Assembly: GCA_046538485.1 (NCBI GenBank)
Contig: JBKHIT010000018.1
Span: 1-64,000 of the forward strand
Origin: Candidatus Brocadiia bacterium
GTDB taxonomy: Bacteria > Planctomycetota > Brocadiia > SM23-32
DNA length: 64,000 nucleotides
Direction: 5' to 3'
Shown here: positions 49,354 through 58,682 of the stretch, piece after piece
Layout of the letters: every line of letters begins with the position of its first letter
Position numbering within the stretch: position 1 is the first letter of the stretch
Program-made: the position numbers and the translations under genes
The notes under the pieces: model-generated
The model's database searches: none
What the model was told of the DNA's origin: nothing
Seen by the model: the letters and a program-made list of their open reading frames with translations, nothing else

Positions 49354-50124
49354 ATGCGTGCGTTTCTGTTAATCTTCATCCTGGCCATAGCAGTCACCGC
49401 TATCGCGGCTTACTTTATGGTCGGGGATGAACTGGGGCTGACAACCGCCAACAACGAAGTGAAGGCGGACAAGACGGTTGCAACAGCGCCCGAAGAGCCG
49501 GATTCGGAGGCCCAGAAAAAAGAGCCCGAAGCCGAACCCCACAGGAAACCAGAGGAAGCGAAACCTCAGGCCTCGAAAACAGAAGTTGAAAAAGACGCCG
49601 ATGTCTCTGAAACAAAAACTGAACCACAACCCGAGCCAGAACCTAAAAAACAACCTGTAAAGCATGAAGAACCCGAGAATACCGCACCTGAAAAAAGCAC
49701 CGAAGAGAAACAAGACCGGGAAAACAAAACCAGGACGCAAAAGCAGCATTATATACAGCTGCCCAGACAGCTTCGTGGGTTGCGTTTCGGAATGTCAGCG
49801 AACCAGGTACGCGAAAAACGGAAACCCGCCTGGCATAAAAAAGAAAAAGATACTCTTATGCTGGTCTACTATTTTGACGAATCTAAGAAGGTCGAAGCCC
49901 GCTTCCATTTCAAAAAGGATAAGGGCTTAAACAAAACGGAAATCAGATTTAAGAGTAAAGACAAGGATAAGCTGGCAGAACTCTATAGCAAATACCGTCA
50001 GCGTTACGAAGACCGGTACGGCCATTTGCCCGAAAGTTCGACCACCTGGTGGGCCGATAGCTACATTCATGCCAGCATCGACAAGGGGAGAGATCACGTC
50101 GCGCTCATTTTTCGTGATCGTTAA
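49354..50124 (+). CDS. Membrane-anchored hypothetical protein, paralog X1
   Basis: N-terminal TM helix, E/K/P-rich linker, C-terminal domain about 72% identical to 54824-55405. Confidence 0.75.
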   Translation: MRAFLLIFILAIAVTAIAAYFMVGDELGLTTANNEVKADKTVATAPEEPDSEAQKKEPEAEPHRKPEEAKPQASKTEVEKDADVSETKTEPQPEPEPKKQPVKHEEPENTAPEKSTEEKQDRENKTRTQKQHYIQLPRQLRGLRFGMSANQVREKRKPAWHKKEKDTLMLVYYFDESKKVEARFHFKKDKGLNKTEIRFKSKDKDKLAELYSKYRQRYEDRYGHLPESSTTWWADSYIHASIDKGRDHVALIFRDR

Positions 50125-50471
50125 AATGATACATCTTGACTGTGTGTTGTTTCATATTGACACATGTGTGGTACGGCCGGGTTTTCCACACCCTCGGGCG
50201 GAATATAATAATCTGACATGTTGAACTTTATAGCGTGGGAAAAATCGATTGAGAATCCTGTTTTCCCCCCTCGGTGAAATGCACGCAAAGCGCCGCTGAG
50301 AGCATAAAACCGCTTGCTCGAAACCTGGAAGGGGACTCCCAGAGACAGCATCCGCGGATTAACAGGCGTAAGATTGGCAGGATATTTGCAGTAGTGTTTA
50401 ATTGGAATGAATTGTCTTTTAATACAAAATATCAGAAAACATAGAAACCTAAACCCTTGGAGGTACACACA

Positions 50472-51494
50472 GTGATTGTGGGAAAAGGCACGAGACGGAA
50501 CGGACAGGTGGTCGTAATGGCGGCGTTCGCGCTGATTCTCCTCGCTTTAATTGCGGCACTCACCATTGATATTGGCTATATGTTCTGTCAAAAAGCGCGC
50601 CTGCAAAATGCAGGCGATGCGGCGGCCAATGCGGCAGCATTCCGCTATATCAACGCCCGGCTTAATGGCGAAGAAATGGACGAGGCCCGCAGCGAGGCCG
50701 AGCAGGAAGGCACAGTCTTCGCCAGCATGAACTCCGCAGGAACGAGCTGTGAAGTTCAATTTGGAGAATATGTCGATGGCAACTTTGTGGAACTCGGTGA
50801 GAGCGATGAAGCATCGGCAATCCGGATGGGACTCGCCAGAGACGAAGATGCCCCCGGCGGACCGGTCAGTCTCTTTTTCGGATCGCTCATGGGCTATAAT
50901 TCCGTCGATTTGGCGGGCGATGCTGTCGTCGAGATGTCAGCGAACATCACGGGAGTGCTCAACGGAAGTGACCTTCGCCCTTTCGCCGTTTATGAAGGCG
51001 ATGTACAGGGCTGGACGCCGGGGAGCCCGATAACAATTAATCTACCGGATGCCAGCACAATGAGTCCTGTGGCGCCCGGAAACTGGGGCTGGTTGAATCT
51101 GGATGGGGGAAGCCTCGGTACCAAAGAGCTGAAAGATTGGATCGATAACGGATACGATGGGGATATAAGCCTCGACGAAACGGGCGCCGACGGTCGGCTT
51201 TGCACCTGGATCGGGGGCTCTTGCGGTGTCAGAAAAGCCCTGCAAAAACATTTCGAGAATATCGTGGACGACAACTTGATCCTCTGCATTTATGATAAGG
51301 TTACCGGCAACGGTGCCAATGCCCAGTTCCGGATTGTCGGTTTCATTTCGATGACATATACCTCTGTGGATATGCACGGAAAGACAGGAAGCATCGAAGG
51401 CGAGCTGAACGCAATCCAGAGCCTGCCCTACTGCGAAATTGGTGACGGAGCCTCACCCGAATCGAATGTTGTCACTGTCCGCCTCGTTCAATAG
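50472..51494 (+). CDS. TadE/TadG-like pseudopilin
   Basis: RNGQVVVMAAF, IDIG, LQNAGDAAANAA; GGAGGT SD before the GTG start. Confidence 0.85.
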   Translation: MIVGKGTRRNGQVVVMAAFALILLALIAALTIDIGYMFCQKARLQNAGDAAANAAAFRYINARLNGEEMDEARSEAEQEGTVFASMNSAGTSCEVQFGEYVDGNFVELGESDEASAIRMGLARDEDAPGGPVSLFFGSLMGYNSVDLAGDAVVEMSANITGVLNGSDLRPFAVYEGDVQGWTPGSPITINLPDASTMSPVAPGNWGWLNLDGGSLGTKELKDWIDNGYDGDISLDETGADGRLCTWIGGSCGVRKALQKHFENIVDDNLILCIYDKVTGNGANAQFRIVGFISMTYTSVDMHGKTGSIEGELNAIQSLPYCEIGDGASPESNVVTVRLVQ

Positions 51495-51551
51495 AACGCC
51501 CAAAAAGGTGTGCTGTTTGACAAACCAATTTTGTTGATTGTGACGCAACGA

Positions 51552-51581
51552 CGAGATTGCTTCGCTCCGCTCGCAATAACA
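51552..51581. repeat. Single REP-like arm GAGATTGCTTCG...CTCGCAATAACA
   Basis: Resembles a widespread intergenic palindrome arm; no partner arm seen in the window. Confidence 0.4.
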
Positions 51582-51775
51582 GAGAATGCTATGGAAACGC
51601 CATTGCGAACCACCGGCTCGCCGAAACCGGCGTTATGGAACCCTGGCGAAGGAGGGGAGCCCGCTGCTTGGGCACCGTGGCAATCTTGCGATTCTCCCCA
51701 TAAAAACAACTGTCATGAATCAATATGGGCAGCAAAGCCCGAAACGCCCCACACCGCAAATCCCTCAAAAAATAG

Positions 51776-51803
51776 TTGCATTACTCCCTGGAGCAGGTAT
51801 AAT
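51776..51803 (+). promoter_or_regulatory. sigma70-type promoter
   Basis: TTGCAT-N16-TATAAT. Confidence 0.55.
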
Positions 51804-51857
51804 TAAAGCGTTAAGAGGTTATCGAGTCAGGTGCCTGTAATGTGGAGGTGTGGAGTT

Positions 51858-52925
51858 ATGTTCCGGCGAACTATAAAAAAACGTGACGGGCAAATATTGG
51901 TTTGTGGAGCTTTGACGGTGCTCGCACTGGCGGCTATTGCAGCCTTAACTATCGATGTCGGCTATATGTTCAAAACGCAGGCAGATATGCAAAACGGGGC
52001 GGATGCGGCCGCTGTGGCGGCTGGCGGGGCTCTGGTGCAGGGACGCTCAGCTGGCGACAGTGAAGCTACATGCCAGGCTGCGGCTCAAGCCGAAGCCCAA
52101 AATCTCGCCGCATACAACTGCCCGGGCGCACGAGCGGAAGTGAAGTTCGGAACCTATCAGGATGGCAGTTTTGAACCTCTTACTGACTCTGACGGCGATG
52201 GTTACGATGACGACACCGGGGATATGGCCAGCGCCATTGGAGTAAAACTTTTCCGCGACGAAACCTCTTCAGGTGGCCCCCTGGCCCTCTTTTTTGCCTC
52301 GCTTGCCGGCCATGATTCAGTGAACATGAAAACAGCGGGATTGGTCGATATCCGTTACAACATCTACGCCATCGGTAACGACCTCCGCCCTTTCGCCGTC
52401 CCCTCTGCCGCCGTTTCTGGTCTCTCCCCCGGGGATAGCTTCACAATTAACCTGATGGAAGAAACGGAAATCGACGAAGACGGCGATGGAGAAACCGATT
52501 ATACGCTGGCGCCCGGAAACTTCGGATGGCTGAATATGGACGGCGGCTCACTCGGGACACCCGAACTGGTCGAATGGATCGAGAATGGATATCCGGAACT
52601 GTTTACCATCGACCCGGACGTCGGCCATATCTGGATCGACGGGCTCACCGGTCTCCGCTCCTCCCTTAACAAACCTATCCAGGACGTTGTAGGAAAAAAG
52701 CTTTTCATGTGCGTGTTCGATACGATCGACGGAGGCGGAGCCACGGCCGATTTCCGAATTGTCCGGTTCGCAGGTGTAACAATAGACAAAGCCATCCTCA
52801 ACGGGAAAAAATCCCGTATTGAGTGCACGTTCAACCGTCTTTCCTATGTCCCGGTCTGCATTACGGACGGCGATGGTGCGGAAGATCCGTCCGAGAACCT
52901 GTGCAAAATTACGCTTGTGCAGTAA
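51858..52925 (+). CDS. TadE/TadG-like pseudopilin with DxDxDG motifs
   Basis: RDGQILVCGAL, IDVG, MQNGADAAAVAA; shares DLRPFAV and APGNxGWLNxDGGSLGT with 50472-51494. Confidence 0.85.
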   Translation: MFRRTIKKRDGQILVCGALTVLALAAIAALTIDVGYMFKTQADMQNGADAAAVAAGGALVQGRSAGDSEATCQAAAQAEAQNLAAYNCPGARAEVKFGTYQDGSFEPLTDSDGDGYDDDTGDMASAIGVKLFRDETSSGGPLALFFASLAGHDSVNMKTAGLVDIRYNIYAIGNDLRPFAVPSAAVSGLSPGDSFTINLMEETEIDEDGDGETDYTLAPGNFGWLNMDGGSLGTPELVEWIENGYPELFTIDPDVGHIWIDGLTGLRSSLNKPIQDVVGKKLFMCVFDTIDGGGATADFRIVRFAGVTIDKAILNGKKSRIECTFNRLSYVPVCITDGDGAEDPSENLCKITLVQ

Positions 52926-53243
52926 ATAACGCGCAGACGGCAATCAGTTGATCAGCCCTCAGGGCAAGCGCCATTTGTATCGACATGCAGCCGACAGCCC
53001 ATCTCTCCAACCCATTGCCACACCAGTTTGTGTAATTAAAGCCCTGGCTCGTCCTTAATAAAGGAGCACGAGCCGGTTGCAAAAACGGTGGCACTTTCAG
53101 CTCCCTCGGGTATACTTAAAGTAGTGAGTTTAAAGACGTTTTTACAGAACACCCGGAAAGGTAACAAACAACAAACCAGGAGAAATACAGGTGCATTAAA
53201 CTTTATTTCACACGCGTGCCGTATGAGAAAAGGGGTGAAAACC

Positions 53244-54752
53244 ATGAAGAACGCCCTCAAGAAAAGAGATGGGCAGGTTATCATACTGTTCGCATTCACA
53301 GTCATCCTTCTGGCCATGCTCTGCGTGCTCACAATTGACGTGGGCTTTCTTTTTACCTCCCAGGCGGAATTGCAAAACGCCATTGATTCAGCGGCTCTCG
53401 CCGGCGCTTCCCAGCTCCATACCCGTTTCACCGACCCAAACTGGCGGGATAACGTCAAAAACGAGGCCATGGCGCTGGCCGAAGCCAACCTCGTCGCCGG
53501 AGAACGCCTCACCCTCACCGACAGCGATTTTCAGTTCGGACACTACAATGACACTACCGGCGATTTCGTGCCCGAACCAACCGCCTCCACCATCGATAGC
53601 GTGCGGGTCAGAGGACGTCGGACCGATGGCTCCCCGGATGGACCCGTCAGAACGTTCTTCGGCCCGATCTTCGGTTTCGACTCGGTCTCGTTCTCGGGAT
53701 CGGTCGCCGTCGGCACTAAACCCCGCCGGTTCGTCATGTTCGTGCTCGACCGCTCCGGGTCCATGTGTTTTGACAGCAAACACGTGCATGAAAGAAGTAA
53801 ACCTCTCTACGATCCTGCCCGTGACGAATACTACGCGCAGAACAGCCCCAGCGGCTGGTACGCCGTCCCCCAGTACGTTTACTACGCGGGCAACTGGCGC
53901 ACCGGCTGGCTCTACGGCCGCGATATGAACACCAATGCGATTCTTACCTCTTCTGGCGGGGGACTCGACTGGCTTCCCACGGGTGTGCAGGATACGATTT
54001 CCTCGGACAGGTATTTCTACTTCCGGTCGCCGGAAGGTTCCAACAACCCCGCCTGGATGCACGTCCCCTCCAACGTGCGGATCTGTTCCTACTACGACAG
54101 CGATGAGTGGTACCATTACGACTACAACAACACCCCCGAGCAATGCGATTACGCCTTCGCCGACGCCTCCGTTCAACCCATCCAGAACACCATGGACGCC
54201 GCCTGCTCGTTTATCGATCTGCTGGACGCCGCGGACGACCGTGCGGGGCTGGTCACTTATTCCAGCGGCGCCACACTCGATTCCCAGCTCACGGGGGACT
54301 GGCCGGGGCTGAAAACCAGGATTCAGCGTTTCACCCCGTGCGGCTCCACCGCCGAGCCGGCCGGGATGGCATCGGCGGTTGGAGAACTGACCTCCAGCCG
54401 AGCCCAGGAATACGGTCAGAGAATCATGATCCTGCTCACAGACGGAGTTGCCAACGTCTCCAGCGGTCATTACTATAACGAAGGCAACGGCAGGATGGAT
54501 CCGATGGACGCCAGCGTCAGCACGCCCATCGATGAAAGTGTTTACGACGATATGGGCTACTGGGCCGATCAGGCGAAACAAAACGGTATCCGCATTTACT
54601 GCGTGACGTTCGGTTCGAGCACGGATCAGGAAGTGCACGAGCAGATCGCCGGCCATACCGGAGGAGCCTACTACTACTCCGCAGATGCCGGGAACCTGAC
54701 AGATATATTTGAGGATATCTTCCGCCGACTGCCACCCATACTGACGCACTGA
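53244..54752 (+). CDS. TadG-like pseudopilin with a VWA domain, copy 2
   Basis: Protein identical to 47591-49099 after residue 6. Confidence 0.88.
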   Translation: MKNALKKRDGQVIILFAFTVILLAMLCVLTIDVGFLFTSQAELQNAIDSAALAGASQLHTRFTDPNWRDNVKNEAMALAEANLVAGERLTLTDSDFQFGHYNDTTGDFVPEPTASTIDSVRVRGRRTDGSPDGPVRTFFGPIFGFDSVSFSGSVAVGTKPRRFVMFVLDRSGSMCFDSKHVHERSKPLYDPARDEYYAQNSPSGWYAVPQYVYYAGNWRTGWLYGRDMNTNAILTSSGGGLDWLPTGVQDTISSDRYFYFRSPEGSNNPAWMHVPSNVRICSYYDSDEWYHYDYNNTPEQCDYAFADASVQPIQNTMDAACSFIDLLDAADDRAGLVTYSSGATLDSQLTGDWPGLKTRIQRFTPCGSTAEPAGMASAVGELTSSRAQEYGQRIMILLTDGVANVSSGHYYNEGNGRMDPMDASVSTPIDESVYDDMGYWADQAKQNGIRIYCVTFGSSTDQEVHEQIAGHTGGAYYYSADAGNLTDIFEDIFRRLPPILTH

Positions 54753-54754
54753 TG
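53262..54754 (+). repeat. 1493-bp direct repeat, copy 2
   Basis: Partner of 47609-49101. Confidence 0.95.
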
Positions 54755-54823
54755 GACTTAATCGGGCGTCTGACGATCGTTCTGCGCCCGTGTCGCAAGC
54801 TTCCGAAAAACGGGAGGGTTTCA

Positions 54824-55405
54824 ATGCGTCCGATTGCTATTATCTTTACCCTGGCCCTCGCCGTCACTGCTATCGTCGGCTATTTCCTGATCGCGGACGA
54901 ATCCCCTAACACAGCGTCAAATACTCCTGCCACAGGCGAAACGGCAAATGTGCTCGGCAAATCCGAGCGGGAAAAGGGCAAACAGGATCAGCAAAGGAAC
55001 AATCGCGAAACATTTGATAAAACGCGCCGTTATATCCAGTTACCCAGGCACATCCGGGGATTGCGTTTCGGGATGTCGGCAACCGAAGTGGCCAAAAAAT
55101 GGAAACCGGCCTGGCACAAGAAGTCAAGAGGCACTGTTACCGCTGTGCACTACTTCGATGAATCCAAAAATGTCGAGGCACGTTTTGAGTTCAAGAAAGA
55201 GAAAGGACTACAGAAAATAGAACTCCGGTTCAAATCCGACGATAAGAACCAGTTGGCAGAACTCTACACTACTTATCGGCAGCGTTACGAAAAGCGTTAC
55301 GGCGATTTACCTCACAGTTCAGCGACCTGGTGGGCCGACAGCTACATCCATGCCAGTATCCATAAGGGCAGAAATTACGTCTCGCTCACTTTCCGAAACC
55401 GGTAG
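54824..55405 (+). CDS. Membrane-anchored hypothetical protein, paralog X2
   Basis: TM helix, shorter linker, shared YIQLPR..RGLRFGMSA...KPAWHKK...WWADSYIHASI domain. Confidence 0.75.
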   Translation: MRPIAIIFTLALAVTAIVGYFLIADESPNTASNTPATGETANVLGKSEREKGKQDQQRNNRETFDKTRRYIQLPRHIRGLRFGMSATEVAKKWKPAWHKKSRGTVTAVHYFDESKNVEARFEFKKEKGLQKIELRFKSDDKNQLAELYTTYRQRYEKRYGDLPHSSATWWADSYIHASIHKGRNYVSLTFRNR

Positions 55406-55683
55406 AAATAGGCGCTCGATGGCATTTGGGGAACGGCAGCAATCTCCACCCAATTGATGCTCGTCAAAGGCTGAAAACATCCTCGGTGTAAATTTCTCCA
55501 TCAGAAGGTCTGTAGAAACTGGCGCGCACATTCCGGAATCTTCCAGCGTTCGGTCCGGGCTAATTACCTTTCCCAGTTGAGAGGCCGTTGCACGCGCGTT
55601 ATTCTGTATAAGTTCCATAATGCCCGCGGAAAAACCGCCTTCTGGACAGATTTTTCCCGTTTTCACATTTTCGAGGTGACACA

Positions 55684-56262
55684 ATGTCCGGCGATCAAAA
55701 AACAGGTTGGCTTCGACATCTGATCACATTCATCTTCATTTTCGCCGTCGGAGGATTCATGATGCATCGGGGTGGCTGCTTGAAAAGTCAGCCGCCGCTT
55801 CGTCCGGAAAATGCCCGCATCGTCGATTTAAAAATCCAGGACTGGCAGATACAAGCGGAAATTGCCGATACCCCTGAGCTTCGCCAAAAAGGTCTGCAGG
55901 GGCGACAACATCTCCCCCAGGGCTCGGGCATGCTGTTCATACTTGATGAACCGCGGGTACCACAGTTCTGGATGAAAGATACAACAATCGAACTGTCAAT
56001 TGCTTTCATTAAAGAAGACGGTACTATTGTCTCGATCAAACAAATGGAGCCGCGCAGTCCCGTACACATAAGCCCTGAGGAACCGGTAAAGTACGCTCTG
56101 GAGGTCCGCCAGGGGTGGTTTGCTGACCGGCATATTGGAGCGGGGGCAAAAGTGGAGATCCCGGAAGATATCCCCTCTGCCCCACCGCCCACGCCCGCAG
56201 AAACTGAGGGAGAAATGGAAACACCTACGACAGAAACGCCCCCGGCGGTTCCCGCTCCGTAA
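55684..56262 (+). CDS. DUF192 domain protein
   Basis: EIADTPELRQKGL, GMLF, FWMKDT and YALEV motifs. Confidence 0.88.
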   Translation: MSGDQKTGWLRHLITFIFIFAVGGFMMHRGGCLKSQPPLRPENARIVDLKIQDWQIQAEIADTPELRQKGLQGRQHLPQGSGMLFILDEPRVPQFWMKDTTIELSIAFIKEDGTIVSIKQMEPRSPVHISPEEPVKYALEVRQGWFADRHIGAGAKVEIPEDIPSAPPPTPAETEGEMETPTTETPPAVPAP

Positions 56263-56302
56263 GGCCACGGCGCAAGATTCATACCCGATCCTGCATCCTT
56301 GC

Positions 56303-56333
56303 TATAGCCTGCATCTTACGGATGCAGGCTATA
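56303..56333. terminator. 13-bp perfect hairpin after the DUF192 gene (terminator-like or REP)
   Basis: TATAGCCTGCATC-TTACG-GATGCAGGCTATA; no U-tract on the + strand. Confidence 0.4.
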
Positions 56334-56682
56334 TAAAACGGCGCGTGCCGTTCAAGCGTAAGAACTTACAACAACAAAAAGTGTTCACAATTTACGGCCA
56401 GTGCTACTCTGCCGGAAGATGTCTGTATGTTCCTTGTGAAAAAGGCGTTAAAGCAAACCGTTTCGCAACGTCGCGTTCGACTCGTTGCTGATCACGAATT
56501 TTAAGTTGTCAGATTTATGCGCCGTTTTTTTTAGTCCGGATTTTTGGCTCAGAATGGTTATGAACGGTGTTCAATAAACAAGCCGCGTGCAATTTGGCAA
56601 TAGTGGGTTCAAATTATCCGTAAAATCCGGGCTAGCAGATTCCGGCAACTCCGCGTAACTTCCCATCCCAGCGAGGCCCATC

Positions 56683-57468
56683 GTGAAAATAATCGTCTGT
56701 GTCAAACAGGTCCCCGACACCACGAAAGTAGAAATTGACCCAGAGACTAAAACGCTCGTTCGGAAAGGTGTTGAGAGCGTGCTGAATCCGCTCGACACCT
56801 TCGCGGTCGAAGAAGCGCTTCGTCTACGCGATCAACATGGTGGCAGCGTCACGGCCTTATCGCTGGGTCCGCCGCAGGCCGAACAGATGCTGCGAGAAAC
56901 ACTGGCGTTCGGAGTCGACGAAGCGGCTCTGGTAAGTGGACGCGAATTCGCAGGTTCAGACACCTGGGCCACATCCTATGCGCTCGCACGCGCCACCGAA
57001 CACCTTGGAGATTTCGATCTGATCCTCTGTGGCAAACAGGCCATTGACGGCGACACCGCGCACGTGGGGCCGGAAATGGCGGTCCACCTGGGGCTCCCAC
57101 AACTAACATACGTCCGGCGCATCCATAGCATCGAAAATAAAACCCTTGTTGCAGAACGGCTCACAGACCGCGGCTATCAGACTGTCTCCGTTCCACTCCC
57201 CGCGGTCCTCACAGTGGTCAAAGATCTCAACGAACCCCGTCTGCCAAACCTTGCCGATCTGCACCGAGGCCGATTCGCCAGAATAAATCCAATGGGTGCC
57301 GATCCCATCAATGCTGACCTATCGCAGATCGGACTGGATGGCTCGCCGACGCGGGTCGTGCATATTTTCGCGCCAGATACCCACCGGGCGGGACGAATGT
57401 TTGAAGAAAACATAGACGAGGGCATGGAAGAAGTCGCAGACCTGCTCGAACAGGAGGGTCTGGTTTGA
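56683..57468 (+). CDS. etfB: Electron transfer flavoprotein beta subunit
   Basis: VCVKQVPDT, AGSDTWATS and GKQAIDGDT motifs. Confidence 0.95.
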   Translation: MKIIVCVKQVPDTTKVEIDPETKTLVRKGVESVLNPLDTFAVEEALRLRDQHGGSVTALSLGPPQAEQMLRETLAFGVDEAALVSGREFAGSDTWATSYALARATEHLGDFDLILCGKQAIDGDTAHVGPEMAVHLGLPQLTYVRRIHSIENKTLVAERLTDRGYQTVSVPLPAVLTVVKDLNEPRLPNLADLHRGRFARINPMGADPINADLSQIGLDGSPTRVVHIFAPDTHRAGRMFEENIDEGMEEVADLLEQEGLV

Positions 57469-58682
57469 GTCATCTTCAAATTGACCACGAACGTTGCACC
57501 CTCTGCGAAAAATGCGTGGAATGCTGTCCTTTCGAAGCCCTTTCGATCAAAAACGAGCGGCTCCAGGTCGGGGAAGAATGTGTTCTGTGTGGAGCCTGTG
57601 TCAAAGAATGCCCCGAAGATGCCCTGAGTATCCCGGAAGAGAGCCCCGAACAGAAACCAGATCAGCAGGGTCTGGCCTCATACAGGGGGATTCTCGTTCT
57701 CTGCGAGCAACAAAATCAGGAACTCCATCCCGTCAGCCTCGAACTAATTGGCCGGGGGAGGCAACTGGCCGACCAACGCTCGACAGCCCTCACGGCCGGC
57801 GTCCTGGGCGACGATGTCATGGCAGTTCTCAAAACACTGCGAAATTACCCGGTGGATCGGGTCGTAAAAATCGAAAGCTCCGAACTGAAATCGTTCCGAA
57901 GCGATCTCTATGCCAGGGTCTCGGCTGAGTTGATTCAGCGCGAAAAACCCGAAATTGTCCTTGCCGGTGCAACCTCCGCCGGTAGAGCTTTCCTGCCGCG
58001 CGTGGCAGCCCTGCTGCGAACCGGCCTGACGGCCGACTGCACGGGTCTGGAAATCGACGAAGAAAAGGGGCTGCTGTTGCAAACCCGCCCCGCTTTCGGC
58101 GGGAATATAATGGCCACCATTATCTGTCCGAAGCACCGACCGCAAATGGCAACCGTCCGTCCGAACGTCCTGGAAAGACCGGAACCTCAGGATCGTTTGT
58201 CCAGCCCCGAGATTACCGCTTACGAACCGTCCGACCAATCGCTCGCTTCCGCACTGGAAATACTCGACGAACAAATCGCCGAAAAAGGGGAAACCAATAT
58301 CGGCGAGGCCGATATCATCGTCTCGGGAGGACGCGGTGTAGGCTCTCCGGCGGGATTCAAAACCATTCATGACCTGGCGGATGCTCTCGGGGGAATGGTC
58401 GCGGCCAGCCGGGCGGCCGTCGATTCGGGGTGGATCTCTTACCCCCATCAGGTCGGTCAGACCGGCAAAACAGTCCAACCGCGGCTCTATGTGGCGTGCG
58501 GGATCTCGGGAGCCGTCCAGCATCTCGTCGGAATGCAGAGCGCAGACACCATTATCGCCATCAACACTGACCCCGGAGCTCCGATCTTCGAAGTCGCTGA
58601 CTACGGTTTTGTAGGCGATCTCCACACAATAGCTCCGCGGCTTGCCACAACCATTCGTCAGCGCAAGGAGATCAGCTCATGA
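57465..58682 (+). CDS. etfA: ETF alpha subunit with an N-terminal 2x[4Fe-4S] domain
   Basis: CTLCEKCVECCP and CVLCGACVKECP; RPAFGGN, QVGQTG and GISGAVQH motifs. Confidence 0.95.
   Translation: MSHLQIDHERCTLCEKCVECCPFEALSIKNERLQVGEECVLCGACVKECPEDALSIPEESPEQKPDQQGLASYRGILVLCEQQNQELHPVSLELIGRGRQLADQRSTALTAGVLGDDVMAVLKTLRNYPVDRVVKIESSELKSFRSDLYARVSAELIQREKPEIVLAGATSAGRAFLPRVAALLRTGLTADCTGLEIDEEKGLLLQTRPAFGGNIMATIICPKHRPQMATVRPNVLERPEPQDRLSSPEITAYEPSDQSLASALEILDEQIAEKGETNIGEADIIVSGGRGVGSPAGFKTIHDLADALGGMVAASRAAVDSGWISYPHQVGQTGKTVQPRLYVACGISGAVQHLVGMQSADTIIAINTDPGAPIFEVADYGFVGDLHTIAPRLATTIRQRKEISS

Noticed and set aside
47735..54824. Long minus-strand ORFs over the TadG-VWA copies
   Set aside because: Antisense shadows, duplicated only because the DNA is duplicated.
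56380..56580. Rex- or LexA-like sites upstream of etfB
   Set aside because: Only half-sites or wrong spacing (GAAC-N3-GTTC).
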